This document shows, in pieces, positions 17,739-28,829 of a stretch of 64,000 nucleotides of DNA. Position 1 is the stretch's first letter. Each line of letters begins with the position of its first letter. Below the pieces are notes generated by a model that had not been told where the DNA came from, searched no databases, and saw only the letters and a program-made list of their open reading frames with translations. Origin of the DNA: Gemmatimonadales bacterium. Lineage in GTDB: Bacteria; Gemmatimonadota; Gemmatimonadetes; Gemmatimonadales; GWC2-71-9. The stretch lies in NCBI GenBank assembly GCA_037189525.1, contig JBBCJC010000003.1:672001-736000 (forward strand), given 5' to 3'. The position numbers were made by a program, and so were the translations under genes.

Positions 17739-19086
17739 GCAGACGCTCCGGGGCGCGCCCTGGAGCCAGGAAGCCGAGCAAGCGGTGTTGGGCGCCATGA
17801 TCCTCGATCAGGACGCGGCGCTGCGCGCGGTCGAATCGCTCGACCATTCGATGTTCTATCGCGAGTCGCATCGCCGACTCTTCCGCGCGCTCGTGGCCCT
17901 GACCGAGCAGCGGGTGGTGATCGACCACGTCACCCTGCGCGACGAACTGGTCCGGCGTGGCGACCTCGAGGCCGTCGGGGGGATGGAGTACCTGGCCGAG
18001 GTGGTCGATTCGGTAGCCACCGCGGCGAACCTCGACCACCACGCCCGGATCGTCAAAGACAAGGGGCTCCTGCGGCGGCTGATCGACGTCTCGACCCAGA
18101 CGATTACCGAAGCCTATGATGCCAAGCTGTCCGCCGGCGAACTGGTCGACCAGGCCGAAGGACGGATTTTCAAGATTGCGCAGGAGCGGAAGCAGGACGG
18201 CTTTACCCGAATCAAAGAAATGTTGTGGCCGACGATGGAGCGCATCGAAACGCTCCAGAAAAGCGGCAAAAAGATTACCGGGGTGCCGAGCGGCTTCACA
18301 GATTTGGATGAGCTGACGTCCGGATTCCAACCCTCGGAGCTCGTCATCGTGGCTGCGCGTCCGTCGATGGGTAAGACCGCGTTCTGTTTGAACATTGCCA
18401 CCGAGGCCGGCCATCACGGCAGCGGGGTGGCGATTTTCTCGCTGGAAATGTCGAAGGACTCGCTGGTGCAGCGTATGCTGTGCGCCGAGGCCCGAGTCGA
18501 CAGCCAAGCGGTACGGCGCGGCATGCTGCGCGACCGCGATTTCACCAACCTGGCGCGCGCCGCCGGGATTCTGCAGCAGTGCCCGATCTGGATCGATGAC
18601 ACGCCGGCCATCACGCTGCTGGAGATGCGCTCCAAGGCGCGGCGGCTCAAAGCGGAGTCTGACCTGGGCATGGTCATCGTCGACTACCTCCAGTTGATGC
18701 GCAGCCCTGAATATGCCGAGAACCGGGTCCAGGAAGTGTCCGACATTTCGCGGTCGCTCAAGGCGCTGGCGCGTGAGCTGTCGGTGCCGGTGGTGGCGTT
18801 GTCGCAGCTGTCGCGTGCCTCGGAGCAGCGGGGCGGCGACCGGCGTCCGCAGCTTTCTGACCTGCGGGACTCGGGCGCCATCGAGCAGGATGCCGACGTG
18901 GTCATCTTCATTCACCGGCCCGAGTACTACGATCGCGACGACGAGTCGAAGCGGGGCCTGGCCGAAATCATTCTGGCCAAGCACCGGAACGGTCCGACGG
19001 GAGACGTGAATTTGCGGTTCCATCGGGAGTTTACCCGGTTCGAGGATTTCTCCAACCGGGATCAGGCGCCGTCGTCGGGGTATTAG
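17701..19086 (+). CDS. dnaB: Replicative DNA helicase
   Basis: AEQAVLG, AARPSMGKT, FSLEM, IVDYLQLM, LRDSGAIEQDAD, KHRNGPTG; no intein. TTG 17728 is an alternative start. Confidence 0.97.
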   Translation: MTSASPDNLLTVEQTLRGAPWSQEAEQAVLGAMILDQDAALRAVESLDHSMFYRESHRRLFRALVALTEQRVVIDHVTLRDELVRRGDLEAVGGMEYLAEVVDSVATAANLDHHARIVKDKGLLRRLIDVSTQTITEAYDAKLSAGELVDQAEGRIFKIAQERKQDGFTRIKEMLWPTMERIETLQKSGKKITGVPSGFTDLDELTSGFQPSELVIVAARPSMGKTAFCLNIATEAGHHGSGVAIFSLEMSKDSLVQRMLCAEARVDSQAVRRGMLRDRDFTNLARAAGILQQCPIWIDDTPAITLLEMRSKARRLKAESDLGMVIVDYLQLMRSPEYAENRVQEVSDISRSLKALARELSVPVVALSQLSRASEQRGGDRRPQLSDLRDSGAIEQDADVVIFIHRPEYYDRDDESKRGLAEIILAKHRNGPTGDVNLRFHREFTRFEDFSNRDQAPSSGY

Positions 19087-19091
19087 CGTAA

Positions 19092-20450
19092 ATGGCCAAG
19101 CCCCGATCGGTGTACCGCTGTGCCGAGTGCGGACACGAGCACGCCAAGTGGGCCGGGCGATGCGAAGCGTGCGGTGCATGGAACTCGGTCGCCGAGGAAC
19201 CGACCGAGGCGCGACCGGTCCGGCGGACGGCGGCCAAGCGGGTCTTGACGGAGGATCGGCGGCCCCGTCCGCTCGGCGATGTGGCGGGAGAGCGGCTCGA
19301 ACGCTGGTCGCTCGGGATTCCGGAACTCGACTTCGTGTTCGGAGGGGGCGTGGTGCCCGGGTCGATGTCGCTGATCGGCGGGGAACCCGGAGTAGGCAAA
19401 TCCACGCTACTGTTGCAGGCGGCTGCGCGGCTGGTGGAAAGCGGCCGCCGGGTGCTCTATGCCAGCGGGGAAGAGTCGGCCGAGCAGATTCGGCTCCGCG
19501 CCGACCGGCTGGCGGAAGATGCCCGAGGCGTCCTGGTGCTCGGCGAAACGCATCTGGAAACGATCCTGGCGGCCACCCGCGAGGTCGCCGCCGATTTGCT
19601 CATCCTCGATTCGATCCAGACGGTCTTCACGGAGGCGCTGGAGAGCGCGCCCGGCAGCGTGGGGCAAGTCCGCGAATCGGCCGCCCGGCTGATGCGATTT
19701 GCCAAGGAATCGGGCGTCAGCGTAGTCGTAGTCGGCCACGTCACCAAAGGCGGGATGCTGGCCGGCCCCAAAACCCTCGAACATATCGTCGACACGGTCC
19801 TCTACTTCGAGGGCGAGACGTCGCTCAACTATCGCCTGCTGCGCGCGACCAAGAACCGCTTCGGTTCGGTTGACGAACTCGGCGTCTTTGCCATGTCGGA
19901 TCGCGGCCTGACCGGGGTCCCGAACCCGTCGGCGCTGTTTCTGGAAGCCCGGTCGACCACGACGAGCGGCAGTGCCGTCACGGCGCTGATGGAGGGCACC
20001 CGTCCGGTTCTGGTCGAGGTGCAGGCGCTTGCTGCGCCGTCCGGATACGGTACTCCGCAGCGGGTCGCGACAGGACTGGATCCGAAACGCCTCGCCGTGC
20101 TGCTGGCCGTGCTCGAGCGGCGAGGGGGCCACAACTTCGGGGCGCTCGACGTCTTCGTGCAGGTCAGTGCGGGGGTTCGGCTGACCGAGCCCGGTGCGGA
20201 CCTGGCGGTTGCCGCGGCGCTGGTGTCCAGTCTGCTCAATCAGCCGACTCCGGCCGACGCGCTCTTTCTCGGCGAGATCGGTCTGGCGGGTGAGGTCCGT
20301 CCCGTCGGCGGAATCGATCGGCGGCTGGCGGAAGCGGGGCGGCTCGGGTTCCGGCGCGCTTTCGGGTCGGGACGACACGGCGACTCGCCCGGGATCCAGT
20401 GTGTCTCGCTCGACCATATCGACGAGCTGGTGCATGTCCTCGCGGCGTGA
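19092..20450 (+). CDS. radA: DNA repair protein RadA/Sms
   Basis: CAECG...CEAC zinc finger, GEPGVGKST, KNRFG. Confidence 0.97.
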   Translation: MAKPRSVYRCAECGHEHAKWAGRCEACGAWNSVAEEPTEARPVRRTAAKRVLTEDRRPRPLGDVAGERLERWSLGIPELDFVFGGGVVPGSMSLIGGEPGVGKSTLLLQAAARLVESGRRVLYASGEESAEQIRLRADRLAEDARGVLVLGETHLETILAATREVAADLLILDSIQTVFTEALESAPGSVGQVRESAARLMRFAKESGVSVVVVGHVTKGGMLAGPKTLEHIVDTVLYFEGETSLNYRLLRATKNRFGSVDELGVFAMSDRGLTGVPNPSALFLEARSTTTSGSAVTALMEGTRPVLVEVQALAAPSGYGTPQRVATGLDPKRLAVLLAVLERRGGHNFGALDVFVQVSAGVRLTEPGADLAVAAALVSSLLNQPTPADALFLGEIGLAGEVRPVGGIDRRLAEAGRLGFRRAFGSGRHGDSPGIQCVSLDHIDELVHVLAA

Positions 20451-21141
20451 CGTGGGCGTCGTGGTGGTGGCCGGCGGCCGCGGAGTCCGGGCGGGCGGCG
20501 GCGTGCCGAAGCAATATCGCCTGCTGGGCAACGTGCCGGTGCTGCTCCGGGCGCTCCGGCCGTTTCTGGCGCATCCGGCGGTGGATCGGGTGGTCGCGGT
20601 ACTGCCGGAATCCGATGTGGAGGCGCCGCCCGAATGGCTCCGCCCGCTGATCGGCGACCGGCTGGTGCTCGCGTCCGGAGGGGCGGACCGGATGGGGTCG
20701 GTCGAGCAGGGCATTGCGCAGCTGCCGGACTCGACGACAGTCGTCGTCGTCCATGACGGGGCGCGACCGTTCGTCGATGCCGCAGTCATCGAGGCCGTGA
20801 TCGTGGCGGCGCGGGCCGGGCGCGGGGCCATCGCGGCCGTTCCGGTGGCCGATACGCTCAAGCGATCGGTGGCCGGGTCGGGCGCGGAGCCGGTCATCGC
20901 CGAAACCGTCTCCCGCGAGGCGTTGTGGCGGGCCCAGACGCCTCAGGCGTTTCCTGTAGAGGTGCTGCGCCGCGGGTTGGCGGCGGCGCGCGCAGCCGGG
21001 GTGACCGTTACCGACGATGCGCAGGCGGTCGAGTCGCAAGGACTTCCAGTCGTCCTCGTGCCTGATCGCCCGACCAATTTCAAGCTGACCACGCCGGCCG
21101 ATTTTGCGCTGGCGGAGGCGCTGATCCGGGGGGAAGCGTGA
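20434..21141 (+). CDS. ispD: 2-C-methyl-D-erythritol 4-phosphate cytidylyltransferase
   Basis: AGGRGVR..PKQY, VHDGARP, DTLK, AQTPQAF, TDDA, NFKLTT. Confidence 0.95.
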   Translation: MSSRRDVGVVVVAGGRGVRAGGGVPKQYRLLGNVPVLLRALRPFLAHPAVDRVVAVLPESDVEAPPEWLRPLIGDRLVLASGGADRMGSVEQGIAQLPDSTTVVVVHDGARPFVDAAVIEAVIVAARAGRGAIAAVPVADTLKRSVAGSGAEPVIAETVSREALWRAQTPQAFPVEVLRRGLAAARAAGVTVTDDAQAVESQGLPVVLVPDRPTNFKLTTPADFALAEALIRGEA

Positions 21142-21788
21142 TTCTGCCGTTTCACGACGACCATGATGTCGATGCGGCGGCGGCCGTGGTCGGTCCGCAC
21201 CTGGCGGGCGGCGGTTTGCTCGGCTACCCCACGGAAACGGTTTACGGTCTCGGCTCGTATCCGACGGACGAAGGGCTCAACGCGCTGGCGCGCCTCAAGG
21301 GCCGTCCGGAGCGGAAGCCGTTTCTTCTGCTGATCGCGAGCCGGCTGATGGCGGAGCACGCCGGGCTCGTCTTTACGGCGTCGGCGCGGGCGTTGGCCGA
21401 TCATTTCTGGCCCGGGCCGCTCACCCTGGTGCTCAAAGGCGGTGAAGGCCGCTTGCCGGCGCGCCTGCGCGGCGCCGAAGGGGGCGTGGCGGTGCGTCAC
21501 ACCTCGCATCGGGGCATGGCGCGACTGATCGCGCGACTCGACCAGCCGATTACTTCGACCTCTGCCAATCTGTCCGGCGGGCCACCCGCGCCGGGTCCGG
21601 CCAAGCTGGTCGAACTGTTTGCGCCGGCCGTGCTCGGCGGGCAACTGATCGTTCTGGACGGCGGCGTTCTGGGGAACGTGCCGCCGTCGACACTCGTCGA
21701 CTGTACCACGCCGGTGCCGATCCTGATTCGCGAAGGGGCGATTCCCCGGGACGAACTCCGGCGCGCGGTAGGAAGGCTGGCGCCCTGA
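21138..21788 (+). CDS. tsaC: L-threonylcarbamoyladenylate synthase (Sua5/YrdC)
   Basis: YPTETVYGLG, KGRPERKP, FWPGPLT, STSAN, PSTLVD. Confidence 0.92.
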   Translation: MILPFHDDHDVDAAAAVVGPHLAGGGLLGYPTETVYGLGSYPTDEGLNALARLKGRPERKPFLLLIASRLMAEHAGLVFTASARALADHFWPGPLTLVLKGGEGRLPARLRGAEGGVAVRHTSHRGMARLIARLDQPITSTSANLSGGPPAPGPAKLVELFAPAVLGGQLIVLDGGVLGNVPPSTLVDCTTPVPILIREGAIPRDELRRAVGRLAP

Positions 21789-22249
21789 TGCGAGTCCTGA
21801 TCGTCTGTACCGGGAACACCTGTCGCAGTCCGTTGGCTGCGGCGTTGATCCGACAAGGGTTGTTGCTTGCCGGCCATACCGGAATCGATGTCGAGTCGGC
21901 TGGGACCGGCGCCTGGGACGGCGCCCCGGTGTCCGAAGGAGCCTACCTGGTGGGCCTGGAGAGCGGCCTCGATCTGTCGGCGCATCGGGCCAGGCTCCTG
22001 ACCAAGGGGTTGGTCGACCAGGCCGATCTCATCCTCACCATGTCCCGTCCGCATCTCGGCCGGGTGCGGGAACTGGGCGGCGGGAGCCGCGCGCACCTGC
22101 TGGGAGAGTACGCCGGCTTGGTCGGCAACCAGGCCGAAGTCGGTGATCCGTTCGGCGGAGCGGTGGAGGAGTACCGGGCGACGCTGCGGGAACTCGAGGC
22201 GATGCTGCCCGCCATCATGGCTCGGATCGTCGGTTCGGCCGGCGCATGA
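21788..22249 (+). CDS. Low-molecular-weight protein phosphatase, YwlE-like (probable phosphoarginine phosphatase)
   Basis: CTGNTCRS P-loop, SAGT, DPFGG. Confidence 0.88.
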   Translation: MRVLIVCTGNTCRSPLAAALIRQGLLLAGHTGIDVESAGTGAWDGAPVSEGAYLVGLESGLDLSAHRARLLTKGLVDQADLILTMSRPHLGRVRELGGGSRAHLLGEYAGLVGNQAEVGDPFGGAVEEYRATLRELEAMLPAIMARIVGSAGA

Positions 22250-23040
22250 TCTCGGCTCGGACCCGGACCTTTGCGCTGCTCGGCAATCCGGTCGGGCATT
22301 CGCTCTCGCCGGCAATGCACAACGCGGCCTTTGGCGCGCTGGGGCTCGATGCGGTGTATGTCGCCCTGTCCTGCGCGGCGGAGGACGTTGCCGGGCTGAT
22401 GCGGGGACTGGCCCGGGCCGGGGGCGGGGGCAATGTGACTGTGCCGCACAAACTGGTTGCTGCGCAGGTGGCGCGCAGTGCCGATGGCCGCCCGCTTCTG
22501 GCCTGCAACACATTCTGGGGCGAGCAGGGCGACGTCATAGGCGACGAAACCGATCCGGCCGGGGTGCGCTATGCCTGGGAACAACTCGGCGCGCCGCCGG
22601 GCGATTGGCTGGTGCTGGGTACCGGAGGCAGCGCGCTGGGCACCGCGCGGGCGGCGCGGGATCTGGGAGTCGGGGTCCGGGTGATCTCGCGCTCGCCGGA
22701 ACGCGCGGCTCACTTTGCGCACGAACTGGAGGCCCAGGGCACCCGGCCGGTTAACGGAAGAATTGGGCTGGTCGTCAACTGCACCCCGTTGGGTCTCGCC
22801 GCCGCCGATGCGCTGCCGCTGGCGCTTGCGGAGGTGCCGGCGGGAGCCGCCGCGCTCGATCTGGTTTACCAGCCGGGCCAGACGCGTTGGGTCCGCGCCT
22901 TGCAAGGCGCAGGTGTGGTCGCATGCGACGGGCGCGACGTCCTGCTGGGCCAGGGGATTCGGGCGTTCGAGCGCTGGTTTCCCGGGGTTGGGGCTCCGGT
23001 CGAGGTGATGCGTGCCGCCCTGGACCGCCACCTGGTCTGA
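22246..23040 (+). CDS. aroE: Shikimate dehydrogenase family protein
   Basis: HSLSPAMHN, NVTVPHK, GTGGSA, NCTPLG, DLVY. Confidence 0.88.
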   Translation: MISARTRTFALLGNPVGHSLSPAMHNAAFGALGLDAVYVALSCAAEDVAGLMRGLARAGGGGNVTVPHKLVAAQVARSADGRPLLACNTFWGEQGDVIGDETDPAGVRYAWEQLGAPPGDWLVLGTGGSALGTARAARDLGVGVRVISRSPERAAHFAHELEAQGTRPVNGRIGLVVNCTPLGLAAADALPLALAEVPAGAAALDLVYQPGQTRWVRALQGAGVVACDGRDVLLGQGIRAFERWFPGVGAPVEVMRAALDRHLV

Positions 23041-23749
23041 GGGGCTGACAGCGCTCGAGCGCTGGATCCTTCCCGGTGCGTGCCTGCTGTGTCAGGACCC
23101 GGTCGATCCGGCGTCCGATCCGCTCGTCTGCGCGGTATGCCGGTTGCGGTGGCGCCGGTTGCCCGAGCCGCAGTGCTTCCGGTGCGGACAGCCGATCGAC
23201 CTCGCGTCGGACTGCCGAATCTGCCGGGAGTGGCCCGACGGGTTCCGAGGCGTGCGGAGCGCGGTTTGGCTCGAAGCCACGGCCCGCCGAGCGGTGCATC
23301 TGCTCAAGTATGAGGGCTGGCGGCGGATGGCGGTGTCGTTGGCCGATGCGATGCTGGCGCTCGAGCCGCTCCGGGATCGGCCGATCCTGGTGCCGATTCC
23401 GCTCTCGGCCACGCGCGAACGGGCGCGCGGTTATAATCAGAGTGCCGAATTGGCCGGTGGGCTTCTCAGGCGCCGAGGTGGACGGATCTGTTCCTGTCTG
23501 GTGCGGACCAGGCATACGCGGACCCAGACCACGCTGACGCCGGAGGAGCGAGCCGCCAATCTGGCGGGCGCCTTTGCCACCGTCGGAACGGTGCCGTCGC
23601 GCGTCGTGCTTGTGGACGACGTCTTCACGACGGGCGCCACGCTGGTGGAAGCTGCGCAGGCGTTGTTGCGCGGCGGGGCAGTGGAAGTATCGGCAGTGAC
23701 GTTCGGGCGTGCGGAGCTTCCGCTCGCCGCCGTCAGCCGGATGGTGTGA
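23012..23749 (+). CDS. comF: ComF family double zinc ribbon/phosphoribosyltransferase
   Basis: Four CxxC, RGYNQS, LVDDVFTTGAT. Confidence 0.92.
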   Translation: MPPWTATWSEGLTALERWILPGACLLCQDPVDPASDPLVCAVCRLRWRRLPEPQCFRCGQPIDLASDCRICREWPDGFRGVRSAVWLEATARRAVHLLKYEGWRRMAVSLADAMLALEPLRDRPILVPIPLSATRERARGYNQSAELAGGLLRRRGGRICSCLVRTRHTRTQTTLTPEERAANLAGAFATVGTVPSRVVLVDDVFTTGATLVEAAQALLRGGAVEVSAVTFGRAELPLAAVSRMV

Positions 23750-23799
23750 GTTCGAGCAGGTATCTGACGATCTTTTAGCGGAATTTTCGAGGAGACGAC

Positions 23800-24812
<1,013 letters not shown>

Positions 24813-24816
<4 letters not shown>

Positions 24817-26003
24817 AGCGGACCCTGGCATCGCTCGATCCGGCGCGGCTGGACGGGCAGCGGGCCCTGGTCCGGGTCGATTTCAATTGCCCGGTCAAGG
24901 ATGGCGCCGTCACGGACGACACCCGGATTCGCGCGGCGCTGCCGACCATCAAGTACTTGAGGGAAAAAGGCGCCAGGGTCATCCTGCTGACGCACTTCGG
25001 GCGGCCGAAAGGCAAGGTCGATCCTGCCTTCTCGATCAAGCCGATTGTCCGGCCGCTCGAGCGGTTGCTCGGCGTACCGGTCACGGTGCTCGACGATCCG
25101 ACCTCCGAAGCAGCGGCGCAGGCATCGCGCCGCTTGCCGCGGGGCGGCGTGGCGCTGGCCGAGAATACCCGGTTCTATCCGGGAGAAGAAAAGAACGATC
25201 CGGAGCTGGCGAAGCGCTTCGCGGCGCTGGGTGATTTCTTCGTCAACGACGCCTTCGGTGCGGCGCATCGGGCGCATGCCTCGACGGAAGCGGTTGCGCA
25301 CCTGCTCAAGCCGGCCGTCTCGGGGTTCCTGATGGAAACCGAGCTCAAGTATCTGGGCGAGGCTCTCGATGATCCCAAGCGGCCGTTCGTCGCGGTGCTG
25401 GGTGGCGCCAAGATCTCCGGGAAGATCGATCTGATCGATGCGTTGCTGCCGAAGGTGGATGAGATCCTGATCGGCGGGGCCATGGGGTGCACCTTCTTCC
25501 GCGCGATGGGCCTGGAGACCGGAAACTCGCTGGTCGAAGCTGATCGGGTCGATCTGGCGCGGGACCTGATCGAGCGCGCGGGCGACAAGCTGGTGTTGCC
25601 GAAGGGCGGGGTGATCGCGCCCAGTCTTCGTGAGGGCATCACGACGCTGACGGTGCCGCGTGAATCGGTGCCGCCCGGGTTTGCCGTGTTCGACATCGAC
25701 CCCGCGACCGCGCGGAGTTTTGCGGAGCGGATCGTACGGGCCGGTACGGTGGTGTGGAACGGTCCGATGGGGGTCTTCGAGACGAGACCGTTCGATCAGG
25801 GCACGCTGGCCATTGCGCATGCCATCGCGGCGGCCACCAGCCACGGTGCCGTGACGGTCATCGGCGGGGGCGACTCCGCAGCTGCCGTGGCGCAAGCTGG
25901 GCTGACCGATCGGGTTACCCACGTCTCGACCGGCGGCGGGGCGTCGCTGGAGTTTCTCGAAGGCAAGCCCCTCCCGGGTGTTGCCGCGCTGGACGACGTC
26001 TGA
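24813..26003 (+). CDS. pgk: Phosphoglycerate kinase
   Basis: [43 protein letters not shown]. Confidence 0.98.
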
Positions 26004-26755
26004 TGAGTCGCTCGCTGATTTTTGCCGCCAACTGGAAGATGAACCTCACGCCCGAGGATGCGCGGGCGTTCGCGGCAGCCTTTCTCGCGGGGTTCGAGCC
26101 GGTCCAGGGCCGGTCGTACTGGTTTTTCCCGAGTGCCGTCAGCATCGAAGCGGCGGCTACCGCGTTTCGGGATCATCCGGTGTCGATTGGTGCGCAGGAT
26201 ATATACTGGGAACCGAAGGGCGCCTTTACCGGTGCGACCTCGGTGGCACTGGCGCGGGGTGCCGGCGCCGGGCTCGCGCTGGTGGGCCACTCGGAGCGGC
26301 GGCACGTCTTCGGCGAGACGGACGCGGAGACGGCGCGGAAAGTCCGGGCCGCGGGCGACGGCGGCCTGATCCCGTTGCTTTGTGTCGGCGAAACCCTGGG
26401 TGAACGGGATTCCGATCAGACTGACGCCGTCGTGTTGCGCCAGCTGCGCGCGGCCTGCCGGGACCTGGCGCCGGCGCATCTGGCGCAGGTGATCCTCGCC
26501 TATGAGCCGGTCTGGGCGATCGGGACCGGGAAGAACGCCACGCCGGCCGACGCTGCCCGGGTTCATGCCGTGCTCCGGGCGGAACTCCGGGCCATGGGGC
26601 ACCCCTCGCCGCGGATTCTCTACGGCGGCAGTGTCAACGCCTCCAACGTGGGGCAGCTCCTGGCGGAATCCGAGCTCGACGGCGTGCTGGTCGGAGGCGC
26701 TAGTCTGGATCCGGCCGGATGGCGGGCAATCGTCGCGACCGAGCTGGACGCCTGA
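26003..26755 (+). CDS. tpiA: Triosephosphate isomerase
   Basis: ANWKMN, GHSERR, AYEPVWAIGTG, YGGSV. Confidence 0.97.
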   Translation: MSRSLIFAANWKMNLTPEDARAFAAAFLAGFEPVQGRSYWFFPSAVSIEAAATAFRDHPVSIGAQDIYWEPKGAFTGATSVALARGAGAGLALVGHSERRHVFGETDAETARKVRAAGDGGLIPLLCVGETLGERDSDQTDAVVLRQLRAACRDLAPAHLAQVILAYEPVWAIGTGKNATPADAARVHAVLRAELRAMGHPSPRILYGGSVNASNVGQLLAESELDGVLVGGASLDPAGWRAIVATELDA

Positions 26756-26776
26756 TCCGGGACCGTCTGTCTCAGG

Positions 26777-26806
26777 TTGACGGAACTTCGTTCCAGGCAT
26801 TATGTT
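26777..26806 (+). promoter_or_regulatory. Putative sigma70 promoter of secG
   Basis: TTGACG-N18-TATGTT. Confidence 0.55.
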
Positions 26807-26830
26807 AGAGGGCTTTTTCCAAGACGACCG

Positions 26831-27190
26831 ATGCTCTACGGACTGATTCTGACGCTCCTGGTAATCGACGGCCTTCTGCTCGCCGTCGTCGTGCTGTTGC
26901 AGGCTGGCCAGGGTGGTGGTCTCGCCTCGCTTGGCGGGGGAGGGACCGATCTCGTGATGGGTGGCCGCCAGGCGGTAACCCTGCTGCACACGCTGTCCTG
27001 GTGGACCGGGGGCATCTTCATGTTCCTGGCGCTGGTCCTGTCCTTCATGGCGGGCGGCAACACCGTCGGGTCGTCGGCCGTACAGCAGCAGCTCAGGAAC
27101 GCTCCGGCTCCCGTCGTCGCGCCGCCGATCGGTGACGTGCCGGCCACGGCGCCCGAGCCGATCACGACGCCGCCTCCGGGCACGAACTAA
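26831..27190 (+). CDS. secG: Preprotein translocase subunit SecG
   Basis: Two TMs around VLLQAGQGGGLASLGGG; follows tpiA. Confidence 0.92.
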   Translation: MLYGLILTLLVIDGLLLAVVVLLQAGQGGGLASLGGGGTDLVMGGRQAVTLLHTLSWWTGGIFMFLALVLSFMAGGNTVGSSAVQQQLRNAPAPVVAPPIGDVPATAPEPITTPPPGTN

Positions 27191-27233
27191 GAGTCCACAT
27201 GGTATTGCTGATTGCATCGACCGGGGCGCTCGG

Positions 27234-28358
27234 ATGACCGAGCGCCCCGCATTCGTGTTGCTCGAAGATGGTGCCTGGTTTGCCGGTACCACGCGGTACG
27301 ACCTGGGTCCGGCGCTCGGTGAAGTGGTGTTCACCACCAACCTGACCGGGTACCAGGAGACCTTTACCGATCCGAGCTTCATCGGGCAGATCGTGGTGAT
27401 GACGGCGCCGATGATCGGGAACTACGGCGTCAACGAGATCGACCTCGAGTCGGCTCGGCCGCAGATCGCCGGTGTCGTGGTCCGGGAGTTGTCGCAGACC
27501 CACTCCAACTGGCGCGCCACCAAGGGCCTCTCCGACTGGCTGGCCGAGTCCGATATCCCGGTACTCGAGGGGGTCGACACCCGGCGGTTGACCCGGCATC
27601 TGCGAGAGCGCGGGGCGATGCGGGGCATCATTGCGGCGGGCCTCGAACCGACCGACGAACTCCGGGCCATGCTGATGGGTTCGCCGGGCATGGCGGGCCT
27701 CGACCTGGCTTCGACGGCGGGGACGCGGGACGTCTATCGGGAAGGTCCCGATAACCGGCCGCACGTCGTGGCGCTCGACTTCGGGATGAAGAGGAATATC
27801 GTCCGGATGCTGGTCGATGCCGGCTGCCGGGTCACGGTCATGCCGGGCAACACCCCCCCGGCGGAAGTGCTGGCCCAGAAGCCCGACGGGTTGTTCCTGT
27901 CCAACGGCCCCGGTGATCCGGGCGCTTTGACCCAGGCGATCGAGAATATCCGGGCGCTGACGGGCACCGGGATGCCCACCTTCGGGATCTGCCTGGGCCA
28001 TCAGCTGCTGGGGTGGGCCTTCGGCGGGCGGACGGTCAAGCTCCCGTACGGGCACCGGGGCGGCAATCACCCGGTCCAGGATCTGGAGACCGGCCGGGTG
28101 CTGATTACCTCCCAGAATCACGGTTTTTCGGTCGAAGGGGGCCGAGACGGGGTCCCTGGGGCGCCGGACGTGGCGGTCACCCACATCAACCTGAACGACG
28201 GAACGGTCGAGGGCCTGCGCCACCGAAAGCTCCCGGTCTTTGCCGTTCAGTACCATCCGGAGGCGGCTCCGGGCCCTCATGACGCGTTCCCGCACTTCCA
28301 GGAATTTCTGGCTCTGATGGCTTCACAAACCGTTAACCCCTTGACACACAAGGGTTAA
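27234..28358 (+). CDS. carA: Carbamoyl-phosphate synthase small subunit
   Basis: GEVVFTT..TGYQE, LSNGPGDP, FGICLGHQ, QYHPEA. Confidence 0.97.
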   Translation: MTERPAFVLLEDGAWFAGTTRYDLGPALGEVVFTTNLTGYQETFTDPSFIGQIVVMTAPMIGNYGVNEIDLESARPQIAGVVVRELSQTHSNWRATKGLSDWLAESDIPVLEGVDTRRLTRHLRERGAMRGIIAAGLEPTDELRAMLMGSPGMAGLDLASTAGTRDVYREGPDNRPHVVALDFGMKRNIVRMLVDAGCRVTVMPGNTPPAEVLAQKPDGLFLSNGPGDPGALTQAIENIRALTGTGMPTFGICLGHQLLGWAFGGRTVKLPYGHRGGNHPVQDLETGRVLITSQNHGFSVEGGRDGVPGAPDVAVTHINLNDGTVEGLRHRKLPVFAVQYHPEAAPGPHDAFPHFQEFLALMASQTVNPLTHKG

Positions 28359-28369
28359 GGCCATAGTAT
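28341..28369 (+). promoter_or_regulatory. Sigma70 promoter of HU/IHF gene, overlapped by a dyad motif
   Basis: TTGACA-N17-TAGTAT; inverted repeat TTAACCCCTTG-ACACA-CAAGGGTTAA at 28333-28358. Confidence 0.7.
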
Positions 28370-28433
28370 CGGTCGCCAAGCAGCGTCGATCCTGTCGGGG
28401 GTCGACGCTCGTTGTGACCCTGAAGGGGGGAGC

Positions 28434-28769
28434 ATGACGAAGGCCGATTTGGTGGAGCAGGTTACTGCGGCGATGGCTCGCACAGCGGGACCGCTCATTT
28501 CTAAGAAAGACTGCGCTCGGGTCGTCGATGCATTTCTCGACTCGATCAAGCTGGCGCTCAAGGAACAGCACAACATCGAAGTCCGCGGCTTCGGGACCTT
28601 CAAGATCCGTCGCCGGAAGACGCGCATGGCGCGCAATCCGCGCACCGGTGATCCGGTCGAGGTTGCTGCGCGGCCGGTGCCGGTGTTCAAGCCCAGCAAG
28701 GAGTTACGCGCGTTGGTCGCGGAGGACAGCGACGAGAGTCCGACGCTTCGCAGCGAGGATCTTGGCTGA
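28434..28769 (+). CDS. HU/IHF family DNA-binding protein
   Basis: MTKADLV, IEVRGFGTF, ARNPRTG, PVFKPSKEL. Confidence 0.95.
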   Translation: MTKADLVEQVTAAMARTAGPLISKKDCARVVDAFLDSIKLALKEQHNIEVRGFGTFKIRRRKTRMARNPRTGDPVEVAARPVPVFKPSKELRALVAEDSDESPTLRSEDLG

Positions 28770-28798
28770 GCCGGCGGCATCACTGTCTGGGGTGACAC

Positions 28799-28829
28799 GG
28801 GTCGGCGTGAGGGTACGCCGGCCCTTTTT
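28799..28829 (+). terminator. Rho-independent terminator after HU/IHF
   Basis: GGGTCGGCGT-gagggt-ACGCCGGCCC followed by TTTTT. Confidence 0.8.

Noticed and set aside
17701..19086. Intein in DnaB
   Set aside because: Length 461 aa and contiguous motifs leave no insertion.
22246..23040. AroE with GDETD in place of the usual NTD motif as a new enzyme
   Set aside because: The catalytic Lys (TVPHK) and Asp are retained; a single substitution is insufficient evidence.
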